Source of the DNA: an uncultured Candidatus Saccharibacteria bacterium | Lineage (GTDB): Bacteria; Patescibacteriota; Minisyncoccia; Phycocordibacterales; Phycocordibacteraceae | Direction: 5' to 3' | Assembly (NCBI GenBank): GCA_964360855.1 | Contig: CAYHXV010000001.1 | Coordinates: forward strand, 20,042-84,041 | DNA length: 64,000 nucleotides | Part shown: one piece after another, positions 55,369-64,000 of the stretch | Layout: every line of letters starts with the position of its first letter | Position numbering within the stretch: the stretch's first letter is position 1 | Notes under the pieces: model-generated | Database searches by the model: none | What the model was told of the DNA's origin: nothing | What the model saw: only the letters and a program-made list of their open reading frames with translations | Made by a program: the position numbers and the translations under genes

Positions 55369-56517
55369 ATGAATATTTTAGATAAGTTGCGTTTTAAGTT
55401 TTCCTCCAACAAACCCCTCATCGAGGTGGGTATTTCAAAGTCTGCACTCTTGCACAATCTCCACACGTATCAGAAGGCATTCCCGGAACTTCAGATTGCA
55501 CCCGTACTGAAAAGTAACGCCTATGGGCACGACCTTGGTCTCGTAGCGCGTCTCTTGGATCGAGAGAACATTGCGTTCTTCATGGTTGACTCGCTATACG
55601 AGGCGAGACGGCTTAGAAGTGCTGGAGCAGGCTCACGCATAATGGTGATGGGGTATGTACGTCCTGAGGAGATGGCCGCTTCGCGACTTTCACGAGTGGA
55701 CTTTGCCATAACGGACATTGACCAGGTGCGTGCCCTTCTCTTGCTCGCCCATACTCCTATCCGGGTTCATTTGAAGATTGATACGGGTATGCACCGCCAG
55801 GGCATTCCTCTCAGTCTGCTTTCGGAGACCGTGGCATTGTTGAAGCAGAATTCCAACCTGATAGTGGCGGGTGTGTGTTCGCACTTCGCAGACGCGGACA
55901 CCGCCAATTCAACACACACGAACCTCCAGCTCACCCACTGGAAAACGGCTCTTGCACTCTGCATGCTCGAGTTCCCTTCCATTGAGTACCGCCACTTTGG
56001 GGCCACCAAGGGCATGCGCTTCGCAAAAGAAGCAAATACGAATGTTGCACGATTGGGTATTGGTCTCTATGGGTTTGATACGGCTCCTGAGCACGATACA
56101 ACACTAGAACCGGTCCTCGAAATGCGCTCCCTTATTGGTGAGCTTCGAGTGGTGCCCAAGGGAGATTCGGTGGGATACAACGCAACACACACCACTGTTC
56201 GGGAGACGCGTGTGGGAACCGTCCCTGCGGGGTACTTTGAAGGAATTGATCGTCGGCTCTCAAACAACGGCACGGTACAAGTGCGGGGAGTTGCCTGTCC
56301 CATCATTGGACGCGTCTCCATGAATATGACCACCATAGACGTTACCGATATTCCCGATGTTGCGGTTGGAGACCCGGTGACGCTCATTAGTCGCAATCTG
56401 GAAGCGCCGAACTCAGTGCCCAGCATCGCACGAAGCGTGAGCACGGACGCATATCGAGAGAGTGAGTATGTGGTGCTTGTCCACATACCCCAGCACCTGA
56501 AGCGGGTACTTGAATAA
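55369..56517 (+). CDS. alr: Alanine racemase
   Basis: PLP-lysine motif APVLKSNAYGHDLG. Start at MNILDK, 7 nt after tRNA-Leu(TAA). The ORF-track start at 55207 would span two tRNAs. Confidence 0.85.
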   Translation: MNILDKLRFKFSSNKPLIEVGISKSALLHNLHTYQKAFPELQIAPVLKSNAYGHDLGLVARLLDRENIAFFMVDSLYEARRLRSAGAGSRIMVMGYVRPEEMAASRLSRVDFAITDIDQVRALLLLAHTPIRVHLKIDTGMHRQGIPLSLLSETVALLKQNSNLIVAGVCSHFADADTANSTHTNLQLTHWKTALALCMLEFPSIEYRHFGATKGMRFAKEANTNVARLGIGLYGFDTAPEHDTTLEPVLEMRSLIGELRVVPKGDSVGYNATHTTVRETRVGTVPAGYFEGIDRRLSNNGTVQVRGVACPIIGRVSMNMTTIDVTDIPDVAVGDPVTLISRNLEAPNSVPSIARSVSTDAYRESEYVVLVHIPQHLKRVLE

Positions 56518-56569
56518 GTCCCTTCTTTTGTATATGATTCGTTCAATCCACTCTGGTGGATAGTTGTTT

Positions 56570-56642
56570 GCGCCCTTAGCTCAGTTGGTAGAGCAACTCC
56601 CTCTTAAGGAGATGGTCCCTGGTTCGAATCCAGGAGGGCGCA
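56570..56642 (+). tRNA. tRNA-Lys (anticodon CTT)
   Basis: Acceptor GCGCCCT/AGGGCGC, D-arm GCTC-AGTTGGTA-GAGC, anticodon loop CTCTTAA, T-arm CCTGG-TTCGAAT-CCAGG. Confidence 0.8.
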
Positions 56643-56683
56643 CACTCGCTTCGTCGATTCTCTTGGTGTACAGTATTCATATT

Positions 56684-56765
56684 GCCCGGGTGGTGAAATT
56701 GGTATACACGCTTGCCTTAGGAGCAGGTCCCTTCGGGGGTGGAGGTTCAAGTCCTCTCCCGGGCA
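56684..56765 (+). tRNA. tRNA-Leu (anticodon TAG)
   Basis: Acceptor GCCCGGG/CCCGGGC. Anticodon stem CTTGC/GCAGG with loop CTTAGGA. Variable arm CCC-TTCG-GGG. T-arm GGAGG-TTCAAGT-CCTCT. Confidence 0.75.
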
Positions 56766-56881
56766 CACACACTTGACTTTTAGTATTATTTCGTGGTATA
56801 CTGTATTCAGACCCTAGCTCCTTGAAAGCATCAAGGTGCGGGTATTCATCAACCGGAACATAGGCCAAGGAGGCCACCTCG

Positions 56882-57964
56882 ATGTCCCTACTCACCACGA
56901 CTATGATTGCGGGTGGCGTTGCGCTTGGAGCCTACTTCGGTGGTCCCTTCGCTCTCGTCCCGCTCGCAAACAACGATACCTTCGTTACCTACATCTCTCC
57001 CGGAGACGGGAAAATGATTCTGAAGGGTGGCGAATTCCATGACTTCTTTATCTCGCTACCAGGTTCTCACCTGAATCGTCCTGGCGCCAGCTACTACGAA
57101 AAGAAGGAGCGGCCGTGGGAAATCCTCCCCAACGCTCCGGGCACCATTGACGACGACTACGATGAGCGTCCAGCGTGGATGAAGACGTTCGGCTACTTCC
57201 CCGTCGGCATTCCGTTCCAACGGAGCGTGAACGAGGAGGTGTTCGAGTGGAAGGAAGAGTCCGGCGGACAAATCATTCCTCGCCGGGAGCTAACGCGTAA
57301 ATTCAAGGTGAATGCCTTCCCGTATGTCATCGTGCAAACGGAAGTCATTTCGCGAGACGGACTCCCCCTACGGCTGACATACATCGTCGGCCTGCGTATC
57401 ATCAATCCACACAAGGCTTTGATCGAAACCGAGGATTGGTTGGTTCAGCTCGAGGCCGCAATCCAACAAGCTGTTCGCAACTGGGCAGCTGGATTCAAGT
57501 TCATGGAGCTCATCTCCCAGACTGATGCTCGCGGCAGTAAAGCCAGAATGAAGGAAAACTTCGAACTAGAAGTGTGCAAGCTTAGCAATGAGATGCGCAT
57601 CAGGTTCGGCGTTGCTGTCGAGACCGCGGACCTGAAGGCTCCCATGCCTGAAGGCCCGAAAGCCCAAGCCCATCTGGACAGTATCGCTGCCCCCTTCGCT
57701 GCCAAGCAAGCCGCGGAGGTGAAAGTGATAGACGCCACTGCGCAAGCGGCGGCCGAGGAAGCGGTTGGGATGGTCAAGGCCAAGGTCGACAAAGCTTTAG
57801 CCGAGGCCGCTGTGGCGGGCGAGGTTGCCCGCTACAAAGCAGCTGAAGAAAACAAGGAAGGCGCATCTGTTGTTATCGCTGGCGAAGCGCTTAAGGGCGC
57901 AACAGTATTTGCGATGCCAGCGGGTGTATCAAAGCTTGTCGACAAGCTGGGCGAAAAACTCTAA
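56882..57964 (+). CDS. Membrane-anchored protein, possibly SPFH/band-7-like
   Basis: AAGGAGG RBS. An N-terminal hydrophobic segment is followed by VIVQTEVISRDGLPLRLTYIVGLRIINPHKALIETEDWLVQLEAAIQQAVRNW, which resembles the SPFH core, and an Ala/Glu-rich coiled tail. Confidence 0.4.
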   Translation: MSLLTTTMIAGGVALGAYFGGPFALVPLANNDTFVTYISPGDGKMILKGGEFHDFFISLPGSHLNRPGASYYEKKERPWEILPNAPGTIDDDYDERPAWMKTFGYFPVGIPFQRSVNEEVFEWKEESGGQIIPRRELTRKFKVNAFPYVIVQTEVISRDGLPLRLTYIVGLRIINPHKALIETEDWLVQLEAAIQQAVRNWAAGFKFMELISQTDARGSKARMKENFELEVCKLSNEMRIRFGVAVETADLKAPMPEGPKAQAHLDSIAAPFAAKQAAEVKVIDATAQAAAEEAVGMVKAKVDKALAEAAVAGEVARYKAAEENKEGASVVIAGEALKGATVFAMPAGVSKLVDKLGEKL

Positions 57965-57977
57965 GGGAGCTGAAGGA

Positions 57978-58739
57978 ATGACTCGTAGGAAGAAAACTAT
58001 CCTTCAGAGAATTCCTCTGGGGGTGAAGCTGCTGATTGGACTCATCATCCTGTCATTTGTAATCGCGATGATGGGTAAGTCCTCGGCTCCGGTGGAAACC
58101 GGTCTCTGGATCTTCACCATCATCCTTGTAGTGAGCGCAGTAGTGCTGATTCTCGTTGCTCTCTTCGTCTCCTATCGAAAGAAGGGGGAACAAAAAAGAG
58201 CACGTGACGAGCGCGTTCAAGAAGTGGATACCAACGCGGATAAGGCTCATACGCCACCCCCAACCGCTCCACCGGCTCCGGCCGGTGGGCACACCAGCAA
58301 GAGTGGGGGTCTGCTTCGCTTCTCCTTCAACCTTCTGGTCCTCGGTCTCGTGTGCCTCGTGCTGTGGTTCTTCGGAACCCTAGTATACCGGTACATTGGT
58401 CTCGGAGAGGCTCCGGCACTGCGCACACAAAACTCCGGTTTCGTGGCGCAGAGTCCTCGCATACGCCCCTCCCAACCCACTTGGACCTCTGTCAGTGCCC
58501 CAAGCACTGGTTGGCTCGTGGTATCGGTTCTTCCGGGGCACACCCTCTCACACTGCGACCAGGCCACAAGCCTGGTGCGTTGTGCGGCGGCAGACCCCGT
58601 TGGATACCGAGCCAAGTGCACGGACGAACAAGGGCACGACCATCTATGGCCAGAATCCTGCACGAAGACCACCTTCATGTCCTTTCAATCGAAAACGGGT
58701 CAATCAGCCCCCATTCGTCTGAAAGACAATGAACCTTGA
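57978..58739 (+). CDS. Hypothetical membrane protein (253 aa)
   Basis: Start MTRRKKT with AAGGAA RBS. Two to three TM helices, a Pro-rich linker and a C-terminal Cys/His-containing region. Confidence 0.45.
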   Translation: MTRRKKTILQRIPLGVKLLIGLIILSFVIAMMGKSSAPVETGLWIFTIILVVSAVVLILVALFVSYRKKGEQKRARDERVQEVDTNADKAHTPPPTAPPAPAGGHTSKSGGLLRFSFNLLVLGLVCLVLWFFGTLVYRYIGLGEAPALRTQNSGFVAQSPRIRPSQPTWTSVSAPSTGWLVVSVLPGHTLSHCDQATSLVRCAAADPVGYRAKCTDEQGHDHLWPESCTKTTFMSFQSKTGQSAPIRLKDNEP

Positions 58740-58797
58740 TGCACTTGCGCTCTGCGCACACCGCTCTCCCTTCCACAAGGAGAGCGGTTTTTCATGT

Positions 58798-59043
58798 CTA
58801 GGGTGCGCCCACCGTCTGCTTAATAACCGCAATGATGGCATTGGCACCAAATAAAATAACGAGTCCAATGATGCCCCACAACATATGCTGCTGCCCCACC
58901 TTTCGTTTCTCATCATTATCGGCTCCTGCAATAAACTGCACCACCCCCCATGCAAAAAGCACGAATGCAGAAAGCGACAAGAGAACAACGATAGGCATCA
59001 GTATCGCCAATTCTATTTTGGTGAGAAATTGTTGGTATGTCAT
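58798..59043 (-). CDS. TrbC/VirB2-like pilin paralog 1 (81 aa)
   Basis: Two hydrophobic helices flank an acidic/basic loop (FVLFAWGVVQFIAGADNDEKRKVGQQHMLWGIIGLVILFG). Paralogous to the four genes upstream. Confidence 0.55.
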   Translation of the reverse strand: MTYQQFLTKIELAILMPIVVLLSLSAFVLFAWGVVQFIAGADNDEKRKVGQQHMLWGIIGLVILFGANAIIAVIKQTVGAP

Positions 59044-59110
59044 AGGTATATTCTAGCAAACGACCGCACCAAAAAGCGCGGTCGTCCACAGAGAAACTCG
59101 GTTTTCACTC

Positions 59111-59473
59111 CTATCGATTCACATTCGTTGGTGCCGTTGGGTAACTTGGTGTGCGGCTATTTAGATTAACCGAACCGGTAAGGATACTCACCAATCCCCA
59201 TACCGATACCATCACAAAGAACCCAATGAGTCCGTAGAGCATAAGTGCTCTACCTTTCTCTTTTGCTGCCTCATCATTGGCACCAATAATGAACACTTGG
59301 AACACGCCCCAAATGAACACAATAAACGCAAGAGCAAATACCACCGGCACTGCAACAGTGTTGATAAGACCAATTATAAAGGCACCGACATCCTGAACAC
59401 TTCCAACTGTAGTCTGGGCTGCCGCAAGAAATGGCAACGCAAGCAAGGCACCAATAAATCCGAGTTTCTTCAT
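59111..59473 (-). CDS. TrbC/VirB2-like pilin paralog 2 (120 aa, signal peptide)
   Basis: MKKLGFIGALLALPFLAAAQ signal peptide, then VVFALAFIVFIWGVFQVFIIGANDEAAKEKGRALMLYGLIGFFVMVSVWGLV. Confidence 0.6.
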   Translation of the reverse strand: MKKLGFIGALLALPFLAAAQTTVGSVQDVGAFIIGLINTVAVPVVFALAFIVFIWGVFQVFIIGANDEAAKEKGRALMLYGLIGFFVMVSVWGLVSILTGSVNLNSRTPSYPTAPTNVNR

Positions 59474-59557
59474 AGAGAATAGTTAGCTAGATACCTCTAT
59501 AGGATAGACCAGCTGTGGTAAGCGTCAATAGAGTAATGCGTGTACTGGGGAAAACTG

Positions 59558-60043
59558 TTAAATGGATATAAGGGGGTTACTTGAGGACGGTGGCACTTCA
59601 GCTGGTGCTGGATCATTGTTAGGGACAATAGTTTCAAACACATTCTTGTTTTGTGACTCAGTCCCAGCTTTCTGGGTTCCCTGCCCAAAGGTGGGAAAGT
59701 CTGGCGTTCGGTTGTCCAGGTTCCCAAATAAACTTCCGAACAAATTAACGAGTCCCCAAATAGAAATCATCACCGCAAATCCAATAACAGACCAGAGTAC
59801 AAACTTTGCTCCTTCCTTGCGTTTCTCCTCATTTGCACCATTCAATATAAATGCTTGAAAGACACCCCAAATAAATACTATGAACGCAATGGCAAATACC
59901 ACCGGTACCACTACCGTATTTAGGATGCCAATGATGGAAGCTGAAATATCTTCTATAGGGGCCGTGTTCAGTCCTCCAGACTGCGCAGACGCTGAAGGAG
60001 CTCCGAGTACCAGAGCGAGTACGATAAAAAGGTATTTTTTCAT
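59558..60043 (-). CDS. TrbC/VirB2-like pilin paralog 3 (signal peptide; extended C-terminal tail)
   Basis: Start at MKKYLFIVLALVLGAPSASA. Core VVFAIAFIVFIWGVFQAFILNGANEEKRKEGAKFVLWSVIGFAVMISIWGLV is near-identical in pattern to paralog 2. Confidence 0.6.
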   Translation of the reverse strand: MKKYLFIVLALVLGAPSASAQSGGLNTAPIEDISASIIGILNTVVVPVVFAIAFIVFIWGVFQAFILNGANEEKRKEGAKFVLWSVIGFAVMISIWGLVNLFGSLFGNLDNRTPDFPTFGQGTQKAGTESQNKNVFETIVPNNDPAPAEVPPSSSNPLISI

Positions 60044-60092
60044 ATATCCATAGCCTAGCAGGCAACGGGTCTCGCGCAAGACGTTATCCCAC

Positions 60093-60332
60093 CTAGGCGG
60101 GCAGTACGCTCAGCAAGAGCCGTACAATACCCCACACACCAAATAGCACCACAAACCCTATCATGCCCCACAACATGAACACTCTTCCTTTTTGTCTCCC
60201 TTCCTCACCCTCCATAAAGAAGAACCGCACCATACCAATGAGGAAGAGCAGGAAGGCAAGGGCATACAATAGCGGCATCACCGCCGTGTCTACTACCTTC
60301 ACCAAACTATCAACCAATTGCGCAAAGGTCAT
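60093..60332 (-). CDS. TrbC/VirB2-like pilin paralog 4 (79 aa)
   Basis: LLYALAFLLFLIGMVRFFFMEGEEGRQKGRVFMLWGMIGFVVLFGVWGIV. Start overlaps the stop of paralog 5. Confidence 0.55.
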   Translation of the reverse strand: MTFAQLVDSLVKVVDTAVMPLLYALAFLLFLIGMVRFFFMEGEEGRQKGRVFMLWGMIGFVVLFGVWGIVRLLLSVLPA

Positions 60333-60730
60333 CGTAAGGAATCAACGGTAGAACCAATCACCATGCCAATGGTTTGGGCTCCCAGAAGCACCAACCCACC
60401 TATCACCGTCCACATAAGCGCACTGCGCGCGTTCTTAAGCTCCTCTTCTTTTCCTTGTGCCTTAACAAACAGGAAGCCAACATAAACAATAGCGAGGGTA
60501 AGCACAATGGTACCTAGCTGCACCACCGCACCTAAGATGGCATCGAGAAAGTCAGGGAGCGAGTTAATACTGTTGAGCGGGTTGGTAAGGCCACCACCAC
60601 CTGATTCTGGAGCACTAGGAGCGCCTACAGAACTCGTTGCACTGAGGACAAGATGTGGACCCAAAAAACTGAAAGTTAGAAACACTGCCAGGAATCCTAC
60701 CGTACGAAGTGTTTGTAAAAAGTGTTTCAT
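60329..60730 (-). CDS. TrbC/VirB2-like pilin paralog 5 (133 aa, signal peptide)
   Basis: Signal peptide, Gly-rich spacer, then TIVLTLAIVYVGFLFVKAQGKEEELKNARSALMWTVIGGLVLLGAQTIGMV. Start overlaps the stop of the SBP-fold gene. Confidence 0.55.
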   Translation of the reverse strand: MKHFLQTLRTVGFLAVFLTFSFLGPHLVLSATSSVGAPSAPESGGGGLTNPLNSINSLPDFLDAILGAVVQLGTIVLTLAIVYVGFLFVKAQGKEEELKNARSALMWTVIGGLVLLGAQTIGMVIGSTVDSLR

Positions 60731-62028
60731 TTAAATGTTGCGCTAATAGCCTGATCAAGCGTACCAAGAGCGTCGGACACTCCCTGTCGCCCACTCGTCA
60801 CACTACTCACCATGGTAGCAAAGAGAGTGTCCGTCTTTAGTGGTGCTGGGGACAGCCATCCGCGCGCCACCAGTGCCTGCGGGAAATACACGGACTCATA
60901 CAAGTCACCCTGTGCAGGAATAAGTAGCGCACGCTGTGCAGGAACCATGTGGAGTGCACGCGCCAGTGTTGGCAATACCTCTGAAGCAGATAATGCGTAC
61001 GCAGTACGCAGAGCTCCTTCAGGATTAGCAGAGGCCTTAGGTATAGCAAATCCATATATGCGACCATACGTGGTACGGGTTTCAGAAGTAGCGGGGTGCG
61101 GGACTGATGCCATATCAAAGTCTAAGTTTGGATTCCCTGCAGCAATAAGAGACACCTCAGATGCAAACCCAAAGTAGAGGGAGAGGTCACCAGCGAGAAA
61201 CGCCTGTCGGTCTCCCGCAATGCTTCGATTCCAGCTGTAGCTAGTCTTCGCGGGATTTGCAAACTGTAGATAGTAGTTCAATGCAGACACCGCAGGCGAA
61301 GGGCCAGCACTGTCTCCCACGGGGCGGGTAAGCGTTGCCGAGATACTGTCTAGAGTTCGCTCGGTAATAGAGTACCCGGACTGTAACAATAGAAGTGACA
61401 CCACTGCCCGCGCATTCTCACTATTTTCGTATGCACCAAATGCCAGACCACTTCGCACAATCGCTCCTGAAGCATCTTGGCGGGTAAGTACCGGAGACAA
61501 GCCCGCCACTGCTTCCCACGTCGGAGGAGCCACTGCAGCTCCCACACTTGCTAGGTGTGTGCGGTTGTAATACAGGACGAGGGGGTCAAGCACAAACGGT
61601 ATGGCATAGGCGCCCTTGCCCGCGAGAAAGAGTTCCGCCTCGGGTAGATAGGTATCCCGGAAGGTACGCTCACTGGTAGCAGAATTCGAAATGAGTTGAA
61701 TTTTGTTTTGTTCAGCCGCAAGTTGCTCTTGTGAAATAAGAATTAAATCGGGACCATTTCCAGAAGCAATTGCGTCAGACAATTGCTCGTCAAATGTGCT
61801 TAGTTGTTTTTCCTCATAGGACACTTTGGCAAGCTCCCCATGTGTCTGCTTTAAGGTAGCCAGTGCCTCCTGCATCGTTCGCGCGGGCAGGGTGCCCCAC
61901 ACAGTAACTGGCCCCACGGGCTTCACGCCGCCAGTAAATCCTTGGAAGTTTGCAAAGAGAAACAAGCCCACCAGTGCGGTAATACCAAACACCGCCATGA
62001 GAATTATTTGAAAGGGTTTCATTTGCAT
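60727..62028 (-). CDS. Extracellular solute-binding-protein-fold protein (family 1-like), first gene of the pilin array operon
   Basis: N-terminal TM/signal anchor. A segment (GPDLILISQEQL...YAIPFVLDPLVLYYNRTHL) resembles sugar-type ABC substrate-binding proteins. No adjacent permease or ATPase genes. Confidence 0.45.
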   Translation of the reverse strand: MQMKPFQIILMAVFGITALVGLFLFANFQGFTGGVKPVGPVTVWGTLPARTMQEALATLKQTHGELAKVSYEEKQLSTFDEQLSDAIASGNGPDLILISQEQLAAEQNKIQLISNSATSERTFRDTYLPEAELFLAGKGAYAIPFVLDPLVLYYNRTHLASVGAAVAPPTWEAVAGLSPVLTRQDASGAIVRSGLAFGAYENSENARAVVSLLLLQSGYSITERTLDSISATLTRPVGDSAGPSPAVSALNYYLQFANPAKTSYSWNRSIAGDRQAFLAGDLSLYFGFASEVSLIAAGNPNLDFDMASVPHPATSETRTTYGRIYGFAIPKASANPEGALRTAYALSASEVLPTLARALHMVPAQRALLIPAQGDLYESVYFPQALVARGWLSPAPLKTDTLFATMVSSVTSGRQGVSDALGTLDQAISATFK

Positions 62029-62049
62029 AGATAAATCATACCGTACTCC

Positions 62050-62583
62050 TTATGCAGGAGCCGTGAACACAATGGAGTAGTGGTGCGGACCGGCACGGAA
62101 GTCCTTCAGCTTGTGAAAACCGTTCGTAATGAATAATTCAAGAGCAGTTGGTTCCGGAACTACATGACGCGGGTGCGGACCCATACCTTCATAACTTCCC
62201 GCCCAATCAATAACGAGAAGCCGTCCTCCTGGCTTGAGGATTCTTTTGATCTCAAGCACAGCAGGAACCTTGTCCTCAAGTTGAAAGAGCGTGTTGGAAA
62301 GAATCACCGCGTCCATTGAGTGTTCCTTGAGCGTGGTGCCACCCTGCTTTTCTATGTTTCCCCACACCGTCTCTATGTTTTTAAGTCCCCGCGTCTGTGC
62401 GTTGTCTAGTAAGTGTCGCAAGACTTCTTCTTGCACATCTATCGCGTACACTCTCCCGGTGTTTCCAACGATATTCGCTGCACTAAGGGCATAGTGCCCC
62501 ACACCACTTCCCAAATCCGCAACCTTCATGCCTTCACGGAGTCCCAACTGAAGGACGTTACTCTGGGGGTCGCTAAAGTTCAT
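62050..62583 (-). CDS. Class I SAM-dependent methyltransferase
   Basis: SAM motif I VADLGSGVGHYAL, plus motif II (RVYAIDV) and post-II motifs (GGRLLVIDW). Confidence 0.75.
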   Translation of the reverse strand: MNFSDPQSNVLQLGLREGMKVADLGSGVGHYALSAANIVGNTGRVYAIDVQEEVLRHLLDNAQTRGLKNIETVWGNIEKQGGTTLKEHSMDAVILSNTLFQLEDKVPAVLEIKRILKPGGRLLVIDWAGSYEGMGPHPRHVVPEPTALELFITNGFHKLKDFRAGPHHYSIVFTAPA

Positions 62584-62642
62584 TACTCTTAAAATAACAC
62601 GAGCCACCCAAAGGGTGGCTCGTATCAACAGGCAAAGATGAG

Positions 62643-62996
62643 TTATTGCGAGAGGGGAGTTGCGAGTGTAATTTCTCCGTTCTTGTGCAGAGTGGCCGTA
62701 AGCGGGAAGCCGGAACCAGTCGTTAACTCTACTGTTACATCTACGTTTTCGTCGAGTGTTCGACTATGGTCATACTTTCCTTTCCCGCGCTCTTCTGGAG
62801 TAGCCACGTTGAATCTCTCAATCCAGCTCACAAAACTCTCAACAGGAGTGCCCGTTACGGTCATTGCCATCCACGTACTTAATGCCTGCCCATCGAGATT
62901 GTGTGATAGAGCACTCAATACCTGTTCCTCGCTAGTAAGCACGCTCTTCTCCCGATTAACCGTTGGTGTTGCAAAACTTTCAAATCTTTCAGTCAT
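62643..62996 (-). CDS. Hypothetical protein (117 aa)
   Basis: ORF only. Confidence 0.4.
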   Translation of the reverse strand: MTERFESFATPTVNREKSVLTSEEQVLSALSHNLDGQALSTWMAMTVTGTPVESFVSWIERFNVATPEERGKGKYDHSRTLDENVDVTVELTTGSGFPLTATLHKNGEITLATPLSQ

Positions 62997-63012
62997 AAGT
63001 ATTTTTAGTGTG

Positions 63013-64000
63013 TTATAGCGCTACCATACTGGCAATCGAATCCCCCTCCCGCATCTTCATAATACGAACACCCTGAGTGGCACGGGAGAGACTTGGAATC
63101 TCACCCGTGGACACTCGTATTACCTGCCCCTTCTTTGATATCACCACGATCTCTTCCTCCTCACTCTTCCCGCCAACCAACACCTTTGCCCCAATAATGC
63201 TTCCGGTCTTTGCAGTTACGTCTGCAGTCTTAATACCTGAACCTCCGCGTCCCTGTATTTTGTATTCGCTCAGTAGGGTCTTCTTGCCATAGCCCTTATC
63301 CATAAGGATAAGAAGGGTAGCTCCCTTAGCTTCAGCCGGGACTACCTCCGCAGAGACAATCCGATCTCCCTTCTTAACGGTCATACCGCGGACTCCTGCG
63401 GCCGTGCGCCCCATGGCGCGGGTCTCCCCTTCGTCAAAGCGAATACTTTGTCCGGCACTCGTCACAATAGATACGCTGTCTCCTTCACTCGTGAGTTGTG
63501 CCGTCACTAACTTGTCTGAGCCCTTAAGGGCAATAGCAATGATGCCCGAACGGCGCACGTCAGCGAAGTTCTTGGCTTCCACCTTCTTCACCACTCCTTC
63601 CTGCGTCACAAAGAATACCGAAAGCGCGTCCCGAGCGGCGCCCTTCGGCACGGCCAGCACACTGGTTACCTTCTCATCACTTGCAATAGAGAGGAAGTTC
63701 ATAATGGACTTGCCCTTCGTTGCGCGCTTGCCTTCCGGAAGCTCGTACATCTTGAGCTGATATGCCTTGCCGTAGTCGGTGAAGAAGAGGAGGTCAGAAT
63801 GCGCGCTTGCTGAGAGGAAGTGGGTCACCACATCCTCTTCCTTGGTAGACATATCAATCACGCCAATGCCGCCGCGCTTCTGTGCTTTGTATTCGTCCGG
63901 GTTGGCGCGCTTCACGTACCCGCCTTGGGTCAGCACCAGTACACTCTCCTCGTCTGGAACGAGATCTTCTACGGAAATATTCTTCACCCCGCTCTTCACG
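63013..64000 (-). CDS. gyrA: DNA gyrase subunit A, C-terminal beta-pinwheel domain (gene continues beyond window end)
   Basis: A GyrA-box-like QKRGGIG is followed by repeated blades (VLTQGGYVKR...; LFFTDYGKAYQLK...; FFVTQEGVVKK...; IVTSAGQSIRF...; ILMDKGYGKK...; VVISKKGQVIRV...). Confidence 0.75.
   Translation of the reverse strand, partial: VKSGVKNISVEDLVPDEESVLVLTQGGYVKRANPDEYKAQKRGGIGVIDMSTKEEDVVTHFLSASAHSDLLFFTDYGKAYQLKMYELPEGKRATKGKSIMNFLSIASDEKVTSVLAVPKGAARDALSVFFVTQEGVVKKVEAKNFADVRRSGIIAIALKGSDKLVTAQLTSEGDSVSIVTSAGQSIRFDEGETRAMGRTAAGVRGMTVKKGDRIVSAEVVPAEAKGATLLILMDKGYGKKTLLSEYKIQGRGGSGIKTADVTAKTGSIIGAKVLVGGKSEEEEIVVISKKGQVIRVSTGEIPSLSRATQGVRIMKMREGDSIASMVAL

Noticed and set aside
1-64000. 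CRISPR arrays, prophage, alternative genetic code (UGA recoding)
   Set aside because: No regularly spaced direct repeats were seen. The holin-like DUF360 and GIY-YIG genes are isolated, without phage structural genes. TGA terminates dinB and long ORFs are uninterrupted, so the standard code applies.

Overview
This is a 64 kb chromosomal segment of a small-genome bacterium that uses the standard genetic code. The standard code is shown by dinB ending with TGA and by other genes ending with TAA/TAG. The gene content is most consistent with a Patescibacteria/CPR-like lineage: class I LysRS, a short single-domain IF-2, a short DnaX, many small membrane proteins and multiple TrbC/VirB2-like pilin genes. 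This lineage assignment is inference only. Housekeeping genes make up most of the window: uvrB (partial), tgt, lysK, serS, dnaX, dus, ftsQ, dprA, topA, rel, parB, miaA, clpB, a cysteine desulfurase, infB-rbfA, alr, rpmG and gyrA (partial). They are interspersed with seven tRNAs, an SOS-regulated lexA-dinB operon preceded by an IS1595-family transposase, and an ECF sigma/anti-sigma pair. The most unusual content is three physically separate loci that together look like parts of a type IV secretion/pilus-like apparatus. The first is a VirB4-family ATPase operon with a 913-aa Pro-rich membrane protein, a small acidic protein and a membrane-anchored FKBP. The second is an operon of two pilin-module fusion proteins, one of them fused to a lytic-transglycosylase-like domain. 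The third is a tandem array of five small TrbC/VirB2-like pilin paralogs co-transcribed with a solute-binding-protein-fold gene. A candidate about 80-nt small RNA with a near-consensus promoter and an intrinsic terminator lies next to rpmG. CDS coordinates follow the supplied ORF track; where the text says so, the start was moved to a better-supported internal ATG. RNA and site coordinates were counted by hand from the sequence lines and may be off by 1-2 nt.
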